A stretch of DNA of 64,000 nucleotides from Candidatus Gottesmanbacteria bacterium. GTDB taxonomy: Bacteria; Patescibacteriota; Microgenomatia; UBA10105; UBA927. The stretch lies in contig OY970230.1 in assembly GCA_963714095.1 (NCBI GenBank), positions 596,084 through 660,083 of the forward strand. Direction: 5' to 3'. Under the pieces are notes generated by a model. It was not told where the DNA came from. It ran no database searches and saw only the letters and a list, made by a program, of their open reading frames with translations. The stretch's first letter is position 1; each line of letters opens with the position of its first letter. Positions 46,603 to 56,726 of the stretch are shown one piece after another. Both the position numbers and the translations under genes were made by a program.

Positions 46603-47081
46603 TTTTTATTACTGTTGGTACCACACCATTCCCCTTCTTTCGTATGGACGGGGTGGTGCAATCATTAATTGCCGCACGGAAAAACAATGAAAAGATTGTT
46701 TATCAATATGGGGTTACAACTCACGTGAAACAAGCAACGAATGTATTCCTTTATACTATTTTACCGTACCAAATAACTCAGCGGTATATTCATCAAGCCC
46801 GCATGGTTATTTCTCATGGCGGGCCCGCCACAATATACCAGGTGCTTGCATCAGGAAAGACTCCTTATGTAATTCCAAGAGAGAGCCGATATGGTGAACA
46901 TGTAAATAACCATCAGGTATTTTTCTGTAAATTTTTATATAAACGGCACCTCGTTCTCAGGAGTTCAACAGTGAGTACCGTGTTACAAAACACTGAAACC
47001 ATTAGAACAAATTTACGCATCTTACCACAAATAAAGCCAAGATTAATCAACTATCTTATTGATGTATCTGCAACACATTAA
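46599..47081 (+). CDS. Alg13-like glycosyltransferase subunit (catalytic GT28 C-terminal-type half)
   Basis: MIFITVGTTPFPFFRM ... ARMVISHGGPATIYQVLASGKTPYVIPR resembles Alg13/PssE/Cps14G. 4-nt overlap with the Alg14-like gene. Confidence 0.65.
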   Translation: MIFITVGTTPFPFFRMDGVVQSLIAARKNNEKIVYQYGVTTHVKQATNVFLYTILPYQITQRYIHQARMVISHGGPATIYQVLASGKTPYVIPRESRYGEHVNNHQVFFCKFLYKRHLVLRSSTVSTVLQNTETIRTNLRILPQIKPRLINYLIDVSATH

Positions 47082-47083
47082 GT

Positions 47084-48493
47084 ATGCACCTCAATTTTAA
47101 ATTGGTACGCACAATAATTATAGGCATAAGTATTATTGTCATAATTATTGGAATATTTGCGCGTTTTTTTAGACTTTCGATAGGTTCATATTGGTTTGAT
47201 GAGATTGCGACACTTGATTTTGCCCAAAGGCCTATTATTCCGCTCATGACAGGAGCGTATTTTGAACCAGGGAAATCCCCGCTGCATTATATATTTTTTG
47301 CATTCTGGGTTTTTTTCTTTGGCTCATCAGAGGGGACTACAAGAATTTTGAGCGCAATAGTCGGAAGCGTGAGTGTCGTTTTGTTTTACATATACACGTC
47401 AAGACGTTTTAAAATATTAACGGCGCTTGTTGGGACAGCGCTTTTTTCTATTTCCTGGCTTCATATATGGGGTTCTCGGGAAGTCCGATACTATGCATTT
47501 TTGCTGCTTTTTAGCCTGATAGCGACAATAGTGTTTAACCTGGGGTTATCTAATAAACGGCAAATAATTATATATATCGCGTCGTGTATTCTTGGTTTAT
47601 ATACCCACATTATTTTTGTAATCCTTCTTATTTCTCATTTTTTGACAAGCTTGATTATCAGAAGGTTTCATAAATTTAATTTATATGTATTTATTCTCCC
47701 CCTCATTGCATACATTCCATATATATATCAGCTCTATTATTATCTGAACCGGCAGAATAATACATCTACAATCAACAGCAATACCATGGGTCAGTTGATG
47801 ACGCAGTTGGGAAGAGCACCAATGAATATACATGAACTTCTTATGGCTTTCGCCGGCGAAAACTCATTCGGTATGGAGTGGTTATTTGGAGCCTTGGTAT
47901 TGATATTATCCGTGTTTTTATTTCGTAATAAAAAAGTGTTTATACGGTATTGCGTCACTATTGTTTCCACATTTGCGCTCATTGTTTTAAGTACAGTGTG
48001 GCCGATAAACACTTTAGTCCCGAGTTTATATTACCTGTATTATTTAACACCGTCGGTCTTTATTTTGCTCTGTATACTTATCGATAACGCGGCACGTTGG
48101 TATTACGTGGCACTGATCACGGCGGCAATTTGTATTTTTTGTTATTTCAATATTAAATATATCGCGTCGTTTGACGACAACTTTAACACGTGGCGATATC
48201 AGGATTTATCTGTCTTTGTTCAATCGTTGCCGGACGGGTCAAACATATATTTTTCAAGCTGTGGAGATTTATATATGACACAGTATTACGATCATAAACA
48301 ATTGTACGATAACATCACGTGCGAAAATACGGGTGTGATAAATGGGAGTAATTTGTTTTCATTCTGGTATGTTGCCCCGATGTGGGATCCTTTTTGGAGA
48401 AATTTTGCTAACAGGTTTAATAATAGAATGTTAAAACTAGATACGAATCAACAGTTTGGGCTAATAATAGTACGGAAGTATAAACAGAGATGA
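47084..48493 (+). CDS. GT39/GT83 (PMT/ArnT)-like membrane glycosyltransferase (paralog 1)
   Basis: First-loop motif SIGSYWFDEIATLDFAQRP (DE motif) after TM1, about 11 TM helices. Confidence 0.55.
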   Translation: MHLNFKLVRTIIIGISIIVIIIGIFARFFRLSIGSYWFDEIATLDFAQRPIIPLMTGAYFEPGKSPLHYIFFAFWVFFFGSSEGTTRILSAIVGSVSVVLFYIYTSRRFKILTALVGTALFSISWLHIWGSREVRYYAFLLLFSLIATIVFNLGLSNKRQIIIYIASCILGLYTHIIFVILLISHFLTSLIIRRFHKFNLYVFILPLIAYIPYIYQLYYYLNRQNNTSTINSNTMGQLMTQLGRAPMNIHELLMAFAGENSFGMEWLFGALVLILSVFLFRNKKVFIRYCVTIVSTFALIVLSTVWPINTLVPSLYYLYYLTPSVFILLCILIDNAARWYYVALITAAICIFCYFNIKYIASFDDNFNTWRYQDLSVFVQSLPDGSNIYFSSCGDLYMTQYYDHKQLYDNITCENTGVINGSNLFSFWYVAPMWDPFWRNFANRFNNRMLKLDTNQQFGLIIVRKYKQR

Positions 48494-48539
48494 AAAACAA
48501 CCCGTTGCCCGCAAGTGCGTTTTTAGCAGTTTCCCTTAC

Positions 48540-50048
48540 GTGTTATTTATGTTGACCATGAAATCTGAACGATTAGAACGATACAAGAGCTTCATTAACC
48601 GTTTTTTTGTACCATTTTTGTTTTATATATTACTCATGACAGGGGTCTTTTTACGCGTGTATCACCTCGGAAAAGAATCTTTTTGGTTTGATGAGGTTGC
48701 GTCGTTAAGAGTTGCACAATTACCTTTTAATATTATTATGCGTAATAATTATACTTATATAGATTATGCGAACCCGCCGTTATATTTTATTTTTTTACGC
48801 GCGTATACATTATTCATTCATTCGCACGGATTTCTCAATGAGTTTACCGCCAGATACCCGTCATTTATTTTCGGATCAGCCGGAATTTTTGCCTTTTACG
48901 TATTAGTTAGAAAAGCAATTAGATCCGTCCCAGCTCAAATATTTTCCTTTGTTCTGTTTTTAGCCTCAGCACCGCTTATTCGGTATTCTCAGATAGTCAA
49001 GTGCTATTCGTTAGAAGTATTGTTTGTTGTCGGGCTATTTATTTTTTGTCATCTCTATTTTAAATACGATTCTCATGTATGGCCACTATACGGAATTGGC
49101 ATATTCTCTGTATGTCTTTTGTATACCCACTACTCTTCCTTCGTCCTTTTGTGTTTGTTATTTATATCATTGTTTACAATGACATTTATTTATGGGAGAA
49201 ACGGGCATAAACGTGCGTATCTTATGCTAACAATATGTTGCATTGCGCTGGCCTTTTCTCCGCAAGTTTTTGGTTATTTTAAACCCATGTTTTTTTCACC
49301 AAATCAATTTTTTGGTCAATTTAGTCTCGCTGATACACAAAGATTCAATTGGGAAATACTCCTCAGGTCATTTTTTAATAGCGACTTACAATTAGCTAAC
49401 CCGTTTATATATATAAGTTTTATTGCAATATGTGTCAGCGCGTGTTTGATATATTGGTATACTTTATTTGTAAACGCAAACAGGAGGAAGCAAAATTCTT
49501 TTAACGTCTTTATTAATATAGTGATGGCACTATTTATAGTATTAATAGTGTGCACTCCGATTAATAAAGTGTTGACCCAACCGTATTACTATTTATTTAT
49601 CATAGCACCTTTATATTTATGGTTAGGAATGCTTCTGGACAATAAACCGGTATTTGCAATTTTTGCGATACTATTGTGGATTTATATAACAATCCCCAAT
49701 ATGCAGGATTATTATAATAATTATCAAATTACACAGTTCAGAGATGCAATTAATGACGTAAACAGAATGAATAAGGCTATACAGGGCAATATTATTATTA
49801 GCCCGTGTTTTTACCATGATATTTTTTCTTATTATTATCCAAATTTTTCATATTATTGTTTGAATAATTTAGGGAACCAGATTGGGTCTCATATTTATTA
49901 CATACAAAACAGCGAAGAAGGGCGACTTAATACACCAGAGGAACTATCTGTCCGAGAAACCCTCGATAATAGGGGTTATTTTGTGGTATTAAAACATGAA
50001 TTTAATCAAATCGACGTGTATGAAATGCAACGGCAAGATAGACTCTAG
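48540..50048 (+). CDS. GT39/GT83 (PMT/ArnT)-like membrane glycosyltransferase (paralog 2)
   Basis: KESFWFDEVASLRVAQLP DE motif, polytopic. Confidence 0.55.
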   Translation: MLFMLTMKSERLERYKSFINRFFVPFLFYILLMTGVFLRVYHLGKESFWFDEVASLRVAQLPFNIIMRNNYTYIDYANPPLYFIFLRAYTLFIHSHGFLNEFTARYPSFIFGSAGIFAFYVLVRKAIRSVPAQIFSFVLFLASAPLIRYSQIVKCYSLEVLFVVGLFIFCHLYFKYDSHVWPLYGIGIFSVCLLYTHYSSFVLLCLLFISLFTMTFIYGRNGHKRAYLMLTICCIALAFSPQVFGYFKPMFFSPNQFFGQFSLADTQRFNWEILLRSFFNSDLQLANPFIYISFIAICVSACLIYWYTLFVNANRRKQNSFNVFINIVMALFIVLIVCTPINKVLTQPYYYLFIIAPLYLWLGMLLDNKPVFAIFAILLWIYITIPNMQDYYNNYQITQFRDAINDVNRMNKAIQGNIIISPCFYHDIFSYYYPNFSYYCLNNLGNQIGSHIYYIQNSEEGRLNTPEELSVRETLDNRGYFVVLKHEFNQIDVYEMQRQDRL

Positions 50049-50070
50049 ATAGAAATGTATAATTAACAGT

Positions 50071-51066
50071 ATGTCTCACACGCAATTAAAAATGCCCTCA
50101 AGTGCGTTTTTAGCAGTGACGCTTCTTTGTAATGCGCGCTGCGTGATGTGTGATATATGGAAAAACCGCGGAATGGATTTTACTCCGCTCGATGTTTACA
50201 CAAAGCTTCCTTCATCTCTGGAGATGATTGATTTAACCGGAGGGGAACCCTTTCTGCGGCCCGACATGGCGGATGTCGTTCGGATAGTTCGCAAGGCGTG
50301 TCCCAAGGCGCGTATTCTCATCACAACGAATGGTTTTTTGCATCACAGTATAGAAAAACAAATTGGCGATATCCTTTTGGCTGATCCTAAAATTGTCTTT
50401 CGTATTTCTATGGATGGCGGAAGACAAATGCATGAGAAGGTACGGCGGGTTCCACAGGCATTTGAAAAGGTCGTGCATACAATATCAATGTTTAAGCAAA
50501 AAGGAGTTGCTGATATAGGTATTATTTATACGCTTATGAAGCAAAACAGGCACGAGTTGAAAGATGTGTACCGGTATACCAAAGAGCAGCATGTTAATTT
50601 TTCTCTCAACGTTGTCCACGACTCCCCTGTGTATTTCGGGAACCAAAAAACGCAGCTCAGACCCAAGCCCCAGGAAGTAAAGGAGCATTTTGAGTGGCTA
50701 TTTAAACAGCAAATGAGATCAATCAATCCCAAAAATTGGGCAAAAGCATGGTTTAATAAACAATCGTATTATTATATGATGACGCACCGCCGCCCGCTCC
50801 CCTGTGGAGCAGGAGAGAACTTTTTTTATATGGATCCGTTTGCCAACATATTCATGTGTCATTTAAAAAATTGGCCAATCGGAAATTTGAAAACTCAGAC
50901 TTTTAAAGAGATTTGGAATGGTGTGCCGAAGCAAAAATTTCTATCCAGCGCACGCTCGTGCAACGACTGTTGGATTGTCTGTACTGCTAAAGACTCTATA
51001 AAACAACACAAGGCTCGTGTTATTGCTGACCTGGTAAAAACCATTCCTGGGGCAATTTTAGGATAA
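50071..51066 (+). CDS. radical SAM protein with C-terminal SPASM-like Cys cluster
   Basis: CNARCVMC (Cx3Cx2C) near the N-terminus. C-terminal CGAGENFFYMDPFANIFMCH...CNDCWIVC suggests a SPASM/twitch auxiliary cluster. Confidence 0.7.
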   Translation: MSHTQLKMPSSAFLAVTLLCNARCVMCDIWKNRGMDFTPLDVYTKLPSSLEMIDLTGGEPFLRPDMADVVRIVRKACPKARILITTNGFLHHSIEKQIGDILLADPKIVFRISMDGGRQMHEKVRRVPQAFEKVVHTISMFKQKGVADIGIIYTLMKQNRHELKDVYRYTKEQHVNFSLNVVHDSPVYFGNQKTQLRPKPQEVKEHFEWLFKQQMRSINPKNWAKAWFNKQSYYYMMTHRRPLPCGAGENFFYMDPFANIFMCHLKNWPIGNLKTQTFKEIWNGVPKQKFLSSARSCNDCWIVCTAKDSIKQHKARVIADLVKTIPGAILG

Positions 51067-51937
51067 ACGCGAATCTTCCAAGCCGGGAAGACCAGGGATA
51101 TGCCCAGAGAACACAGAGACAGAATAATTTTCTGTGAATTCCGTTCAGTTGAGATAGAACGTGCACCCTGTAGCTATGCCACTTTTTTGGATTATACGGC
51201 TGTCGGATTTGTTCTTGCCGTACTCCCCAACAAGAAATCAGGTCCTGAGTCGCATAGCCGGTCATAAAATTTCTTATGAATAACTTGCGATAGCTCGGCG
51301 AATTGTTGTGGGAAACTGTTATGGTTGGATTAAAATATATATTTGATGAAGCGCGGTAAAGTCTCAGGCCCATCTCGACATCTTCGCAGGAAACCAGGAG
51401 CTTGGTGTTAAATTGAAATTGTTTAATAAACCGTGACAAAAATGCCGCGTTTCGAAAATCGATACAAAATCCTGATAAAAGAAGGCCTGTCTTATGCAAA
51501 GAGGAAACTCCTTCGAGAAGCCAGCGGTAATAATATATATTTTCGATACAACTCGGTATATTTGTAGGATTTGTATCATGTGTAAATCCGATAACGCCAA
51601 CCGATGAATACGCACAAAAATGTTTTTGAACCATCCCGATCCATTGTTTATCGGCAATACAGTCATCATCTATAAAAGCGCAGATTTTTCCCCGCGCCAA
51701 GCTGATGCCTTTATTTCTTCCGAACGGTAAGCCCCTTCGTTTTTCTATAGCATATCTAATTGGTAATGTGGTCTCATATCGGCTGCAAATATTTTTTGTT
51801 TCAGAAGACGGCCCGTTATCCACAATAACAATTTCGAGCGGTTTTACCGTCTGTCTGCATAGCGAAAGGAGACAACGAGATAGTGCAGCCGGTCTGTTCC
51901 TGGTTGATATAAGAACGCTAATGCTCGGGTTGACCAT
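51020..51937 (-). CDS. glycosyltransferase family 2
   Basis: ISVLISTRNRPAALSRCLLSL...FIDDDC. Start trimmed to MVNPSIS to limit overlap with the upstream GT4. Its 3' end overlaps the radical SAM gene convergently by 47 nt. Confidence 0.65.
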   Translation of the reverse strand: MVNPSISVLISTRNRPAALSRCLLSLCRQTVKPLEIVIVDNGPSSETKNICSRYETTLPIRYAIEKRRGLPFGRNKGISLARGKICAFIDDDCIADKQWIGMVQKHFCAYSSVGVIGFTHDTNPTNIPSCIENIYYYRWLLEGVSSLHKTGLLLSGFCIDFRNAAFLSRFIKQFQFNTKLLVSCEDVEMGLRLYRASSNIYFNPTITVSHNNSPSYRKLFIRNFMTGYATQDLISCWGVRQEQIRQPYNPKKWHSYRVHVLSQLNGIHRKLFCLCVLWAYPWSSRLGRFAFILKLPQEWFLPGQQ

Positions 51938-53114
51938 ATATTTTAAGAAATAAACGCTGGGTAGTTGCCCGGGCGTGATGTTCACGAAGAAACAGCCCTG
52001 CATTTCCGGCAAAACGTATACGAAGTAAGGGATTGCGCATAAGTTTGATAACCTGTGAGGCAAATGTGGCGGGACTATCCGCTCTCAGATAGTGGGTTCC
52101 CGGGACAGCTTCAATTCCTCTCATTCCTACGGAGGTTGAGACAATGGGGACTGAATGCGCAAAAGCAGTCAACGCTTTTATCCTTACTCCCCCGCCGATT
52201 CGAAAGGGCATAACAAAAACTGTTGCACGGTTCAGATACTGTTCTATATTAGTCTTCTTTCCGATAGCACGAATTGCCGCTTGCTGTTTTATTACAGGTG
52301 ATAAGAGTCCGGCCCCGTCACCGACAATGGTGAGCGTTATGGAGGGGTCTTCTTGGTGGAGTAATGGAAATATATCCTGAATAAACCAGGCTATGGCATC
52401 AAAATTCGGTTTCCACCATAGGTTTCCGATGAACAATAATTCTCTCCTGTGACGCAGTTTGCGATATCGGGTAACAGTGTAAAAAGGTGGGGTAATCATA
52501 ATTTTCCCGGGATTAATTCCTATCGAAGTGAGTTCCTCTTTTTCTTTTTGCGAAAGTACGATGATTTGATCAACCCGGCGAAGAATATTTCTTTCATACC
52601 GCGCGAGTGTCATCGCATTATACAGATGAAACAGTTTTTCCTTGATTGGTATATCTGGAGATTGGGATAATCCTTCGGAGAGTTTATATTCGACGTTCTG
52701 TGTAGATAATACCCACAGGAGATTTTTTTCCTTTGGGAAATATTGAGTCATGCCAACGTGATCGACATGGATAACATCAAATTTTTGATGCATTAACAGG
52801 CGGCTCAACGTTTTTTTAAACTGTTGTTCATCAAATAAAGACAGGTAAAATGGCCGTAGACATATGAGTGCGGCAAACATTTCTAATTTCGATTGCTTAT
52901 ACCACTCGCTTCTTTTTTTGGATAGTATGACGTTTACCTCAATTCCGAGTGAGCGTATGGATCGTATGGATGATGCGGCGGGGGGTTTACCCGCTAATGT
53001 AAGTAAATGCACGGAATGTTGTTTAGACAACATTTGGAGCACCTGATATGATACAATTTTTCCGCCGCTATCAAGCGGGTACGGGAATGTTTCTGTAATG
53101 AATAATATATTCAT
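51918..53114 (-). CDS. glycosyltransferase family 4 (GT-B, group 1)
   Basis: N-terminus MNILFITETFPYPLDSGG. C-terminal GT1 motif region (VFVMPFRIGGGVRIKALTAFAHSVPIVST). Start trimmed to MNILF. Confidence 0.65.
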   Translation of the reverse strand: MNILFITETFPYPLDSGGKIVSYQVLQMLSKQHSVHLLTLAGKPPAASSIRSIRSLGIEVNVILSKKRSEWYKQSKLEMFAALICLRPFYLSLFDEQQFKKTLSRLLMHQKFDVIHVDHVGMTQYFPKEKNLLWVLSTQNVEYKLSEGLSQSPDIPIKEKLFHLYNAMTLARYERNILRRVDQIIVLSQKEKEELTSIGINPGKIMITPPFYTVTRYRKLRHRRELLFIGNLWWKPNFDAIAWFIQDIFPLLHQEDPSITLTIVGDGAGLLSPVIKQQAAIRAIGKKTNIEQYLNRATVFVMPFRIGGGVRIKALTAFAHSVPIVSTSVGMRGIEAVPGTHYLRADSPATFASQVIKLMRNPLLRIRFAGNAGLFLREHHARATTQRLFLKIYGQPEH

Positions 53115-53146
53115 GCGCCTGTCAGTGCCTGTCATTTTATAACGCC

Positions 53147-54013
53147 ATGATGCGACAATCAATTACGGTTGCGATTGTAACACGCAACAGAGCGGAAAGT
53201 TTGCGTGAATGTTTGCGATCCCTTGTTGCGCAAACGTTTCATCCCGATAACATTCTTGTAATCAATAATAATTCCAATGACAACACGCACGATGTTATCG
53301 TGTCGTTTTCAGGAGCGCTTCAAATTCGGGAAGTGCTCGAAAAGGCTACGGGCTACCCGGTGGTCTACAATAGAGCTTTAAAAGAAGCAAAAACGCCTTG
53401 GATCGTGTTTATTGATGACGATTGTGTAGCAGGCGCACGGTGGTTTTACTACGTTGTTGCTGCAATACATAAATACCCCCGCGCCGCAGCGATACTTGGT
53501 CCATCGTTTAACTACTATCCTACAAATGTATATGCGTGCGCGTTTCAATTCTCTAATGAATGGTGGCGCCTGCGTTCGATAAAAGGCAATAAAATAGTCA
53601 ATTATGAAGTTCTGGATAGCAGAAATATTATATACAACAATATGCAGCTAAAAAAAGATTCGATTACATTTGATAGTGCATTTACACACGGAGCAGAAGA
53701 TAGCGATCTTGGTATGCAGATTGCACATAACGGACTGGAAGCCGTATACGATAATCGTATGATTATCTACCATAAAGAGCCCACGACGTATAAGGATTAT
53801 AGATATAAGAAACAACGGTATCTGGTGTCGGGATTTGATATTCAAAATAAATGGGGATCAGCGTCGAGGTCCGTCCAGGCTCCCCATTATTATATGCAGA
53901 CAATTCGTCTGTTTACGCGATGCGTTAAACGGCTGGCATATATATATGCAATACAATGTTTTGTCATCGTGCTGACGGATTTCATCTATACAAAAATAAT
54001 ACGTCAACAATAG
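53147..54013 (+). CDS. glycosyltransferase family 2
   Basis: ITVAIVTRNRAESLRECLRSL ... FIDDDC. Confidence 0.7.
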   Translation: MMRQSITVAIVTRNRAESLRECLRSLVAQTFHPDNILVINNNSNDNTHDVIVSFSGALQIREVLEKATGYPVVYNRALKEAKTPWIVFIDDDCVAGARWFYYVVAAIHKYPRAAAILGPSFNYYPTNVYACAFQFSNEWWRLRSIKGNKIVNYEVLDSRNIIYNNMQLKKDSITFDSAFTHGAEDSDLGMQIAHNGLEAVYDNRMIIYHKEPTTYKDYRYKKQRYLVSGFDIQNKWGSASRSVQAPHYYMQTIRLFTRCVKRLAYIYAIQCFVIVLTDFIYTKIIRQQ

Positions 54014-54020
54014 AGATAGA

Positions 54021-56726
54021 TTATTGTTTTACGCCTTCATCAACAATAGAGAAAGCTACGTCAGAGGAAAAAGCCGGCGAATCAACAGCGCCATAATTGC
54101 TTAATTCTTCTTTTGCCAGAATTTTTCCCGTTGACGGATCAATCCATGTGACAATCGGATTGACCCAATCTCTGTATGGCAATAGGAGGGTGGTAGCAGT
54201 TTGCTCATCAGGACTGGCGTAATGATATGCGTAGCCGTAGTAAGCGGTCGGCGTTTCTGCAGCATATGCTCTCACAGCGGCATTTGTCGGTGTAACGGTG
54301 AGCTCATGTATATTTCCTGGCATATTTTTTGTAAAGTTCTGAAAAGTTCTAACCGCGGATCGTTCATCCGGTCCTAAATATATATTTGCATTTTCTTTGT
54401 TAAAGTAGTTCTTTACATTGCTTGTATCCCAGAAGATGACCCCCGCCTCTTCAAAGAAGGACGTCCAGATACGGATACGCATTTGCATAAACGAATTAGA
54501 ACTCCAGTTATATCCCTGATTTCCTACTTCACCAAAAACAGTCGGCTTTCCGAACTTATTTTGATTAATAATGTCTGAGATAGCCAAATCAGTAACAGAT
54601 AAAGGATCTGTTTGATACCAGTGAGGAGACGTGATGTCAATTTCGGGCCGCACGGGCTTTTGCCAGCTTGTAGAGATGAGATGGTGATACGGATCGATAG
54701 CATGAATATAGTTGACTACATAGGCTACCCATGCATCAGGCGCATTCGATTCGTTTAAAAGTTCCCAAACGTCCACATAGGCGCCATAGCGGGCCACAAC
54801 GTAATCCAAATATGGATCGAGGAAGTGAATATCGTTCATCATGGCGGCAAGGTTGGTTTCAGAAGCGACCGGCCCTGTGTTAAATATGGTAAACCATATA
54901 TGGAAGCCGTTTTCTTTTAATTTGTTCATCAGTATGTCAGCCCATATACCTTCACGATCGAGAAATCTTTGCGGAGCGCGGAAATCCTCATTAAAATACC
55001 AGAGGCGGAATGTACAGTTTTCCACTCCCCAACGGAATATGTTAAACCCGGCGCCGTTTTCCCCATACGTTTTAAGGTACGTGTCCAGATTGACTATTTT
55101 GGTGTCTACATAGAGAGAATCCAAATAAAATCCGTCATCATTTGCATCATTAAGGCACGTTTGAATTCCCATGGGCTGAAATAGCTTCCCTCCCGGCAGT
55201 TCCAGGCGGTTTTCGTTATAGGTATTTAGTTGAATAAACCCGTCACTGCTTGAGGGGACAACGGTAAATTTTCCGGATTTTGTATTGATACTGTTCGAAT
55301 ATGCGGAAAGTGTTATGTCCCACAGCCATTCCCCCGCTTCGGGGGGAGTAAACCGGATTTTCCACGTATTTTTGTCATAATAAAATCCAGCCACCTTCAT
55401 AGTAAGGGAATTGTGCCGCAGCGTTGCCGACACGGATGCTTCTAGCCACGGATATTGATATTCACTGGAATTGTACTGAATAGTAAGTTCATACGGATTA
55501 TTTACAGTAGGCCGCGTTGAATCGGCAGAGACTTGAAAGTTTGTCTCCGTGAAGGGGTGACCATCGGTCCGATTGACAGCGTAAAGAGCTCCGTTGCGGT
55601 TAGTAACAAACACTTTATTGTCTACTATGCTCGGCGCCGCGGCAATGCTTGCGTCTGTATGAAATTTCCATATTTCTTTTCCGTCATCAACCCTGAGAGC
55701 ATATAAGAACCCATTTCTTGAGCCTATGTATAATGCATTGTCTTTTACCGCCACGCCCGTATATCCGTCTGTCGGAATTGATTTTTTCCACTTAACGGTA
55801 TGTTTAGGTATGTCGATGGCGTACAGCACGTTTTTTGTGTTTGCTATGAATAAGATGTTGCGGAAGATTGTTGGAGAAGTCCCGACGGACCCGCTTGTTG
55901 CAATTTTCCATAATAGCCGGCCGTTATTTCCATCTAGTGAATACACGTATGAATCTGCTGAGCCGAAATACACAACCCCGTTCTGCTCTGCTGCGGTTCC
56001 TATTATTTTTCCCCGAGTTTTGAATTTCCACCGTTCTTTTCCGGTATTGATATCGACCGCGTAAAAATATCCGTCAAAGCTTCCGACATAGATCGTGTTT
56101 CCTTTAATAACAGGAGTCGCATCAATTCCTCCGCCGGTTTTGAATTTCCACCGTTCTTTTCCGCTTGTTGCATTAATTGCGTAAAGATATGTATCGCGGC
56201 TTCCGAAAAATACGGTATTGTGAAAATATGTCGGAGAGGTTGCCATTGCATAAAAATTTTTAACGCGATATTCCCATCGTTTTTCCCCGTTCGACGTGTT
56301 TAGTGCGTAGAGCCTGCCGTCCGTACTTGTGATATATGCGGTTGTGTCCGTAACTGCAGGGACAAAGGGAACGTCATCCTCTGCAGTAAAAGACCAGAGT
56401 CGTTTTCCCGTGTTTAAATTAACAGCCGTAAGTGCGTTACCGTATAATTCGCCTACATAAATAATGTTATTTTTGATAACCGGAGAAGAGATAAAGTAGC
56501 CATACGTTTGATATTTTGACCAGGAAATATTTTTTTGAGAAGGATTGTCTGCGGTGTAGTCGCCCGTATGTTGATTATCTGCTAAAAATCCGACAGCAGA
56601 TTGCGGCCGTTGAGTATAAAGGTAAACAAAGAAAAGAACGATACAGAAACCAATACCAATAAGTTTGATTATATGCAGCGGGACCCGGAGAGGCTGGATT
56701 TTGGTTTTATTTTTTTTCTGTGGCAT
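54021..56726 (-). CDS. PQQ-like beta-propeller repeat protein with C-terminal putative glycoside-hydrolase-like domain
   Basis: N-terminal TM anchor, then 8 or more repeats of the type G.(L/V)YA(L/V)(N/D)..(T/N)GKE.WKFKT, followed by a C-terminal domain of about 450 aa. Confidence 0.5.
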   Translation of the reverse strand: MPQKKNKTKIQPLRVPLHIIKLIGIGFCIVLFFVYLYTQRPQSAVGFLADNQHTGDYTADNPSQKNISWSKYQTYGYFISSPVIKNNIIYVGELYGNALTAVNLNTGKRLWSFTAEDDVPFVPAVTDTTAYITSTDGRLYALNTSNGEKRWEYRVKNFYAMATSPTYFHNTVFFGSRDTYLYAINATSGKERWKFKTGGGIDATPVIKGNTIYVGSFDGYFYAVDINTGKERWKFKTRGKIIGTAAEQNGVVYFGSADSYVYSLDGNNGRLLWKIATSGSVGTSPTIFRNILFIANTKNVLYAIDIPKHTVKWKKSIPTDGYTGVAVKDNALYIGSRNGFLYALRVDDGKEIWKFHTDASIAAAPSIVDNKVFVTNRNGALYAVNRTDGHPFTETNFQVSADSTRPTVNNPYELTIQYNSSEYQYPWLEASVSATLRHNSLTMKVAGFYYDKNTWKIRFTPPEAGEWLWDITLSAYSNSINTKSGKFTVVPSSSDGFIQLNTYNENRLELPGGKLFQPMGIQTCLNDANDDGFYLDSLYVDTKIVNLDTYLKTYGENGAGFNIFRWGVENCTFRLWYFNEDFRAPQRFLDREGIWADILMNKLKENGFHIWFTIFNTGPVASETNLAAMMNDIHFLDPYLDYVVARYGAYVDVWELLNESNAPDAWVAYVVNYIHAIDPYHHLISTSWQKPVRPEIDITSPHWYQTDPLSVTDLAISDIINQNKFGKPTVFGEVGNQGYNWSSNSFMQMRIRIWTSFFEEAGVIFWDTSNVKNYFNKENANIYLGPDERSAVRTFQNFTKNMPGNIHELTVTPTNAAVRAYAAETPTAYYGYAYHYASPDEQTATTLLLPYRDWVNPIVTWIDPSTGKILAKEELSNYGAVDSPAFSSDVAFSIVDEGVKQ

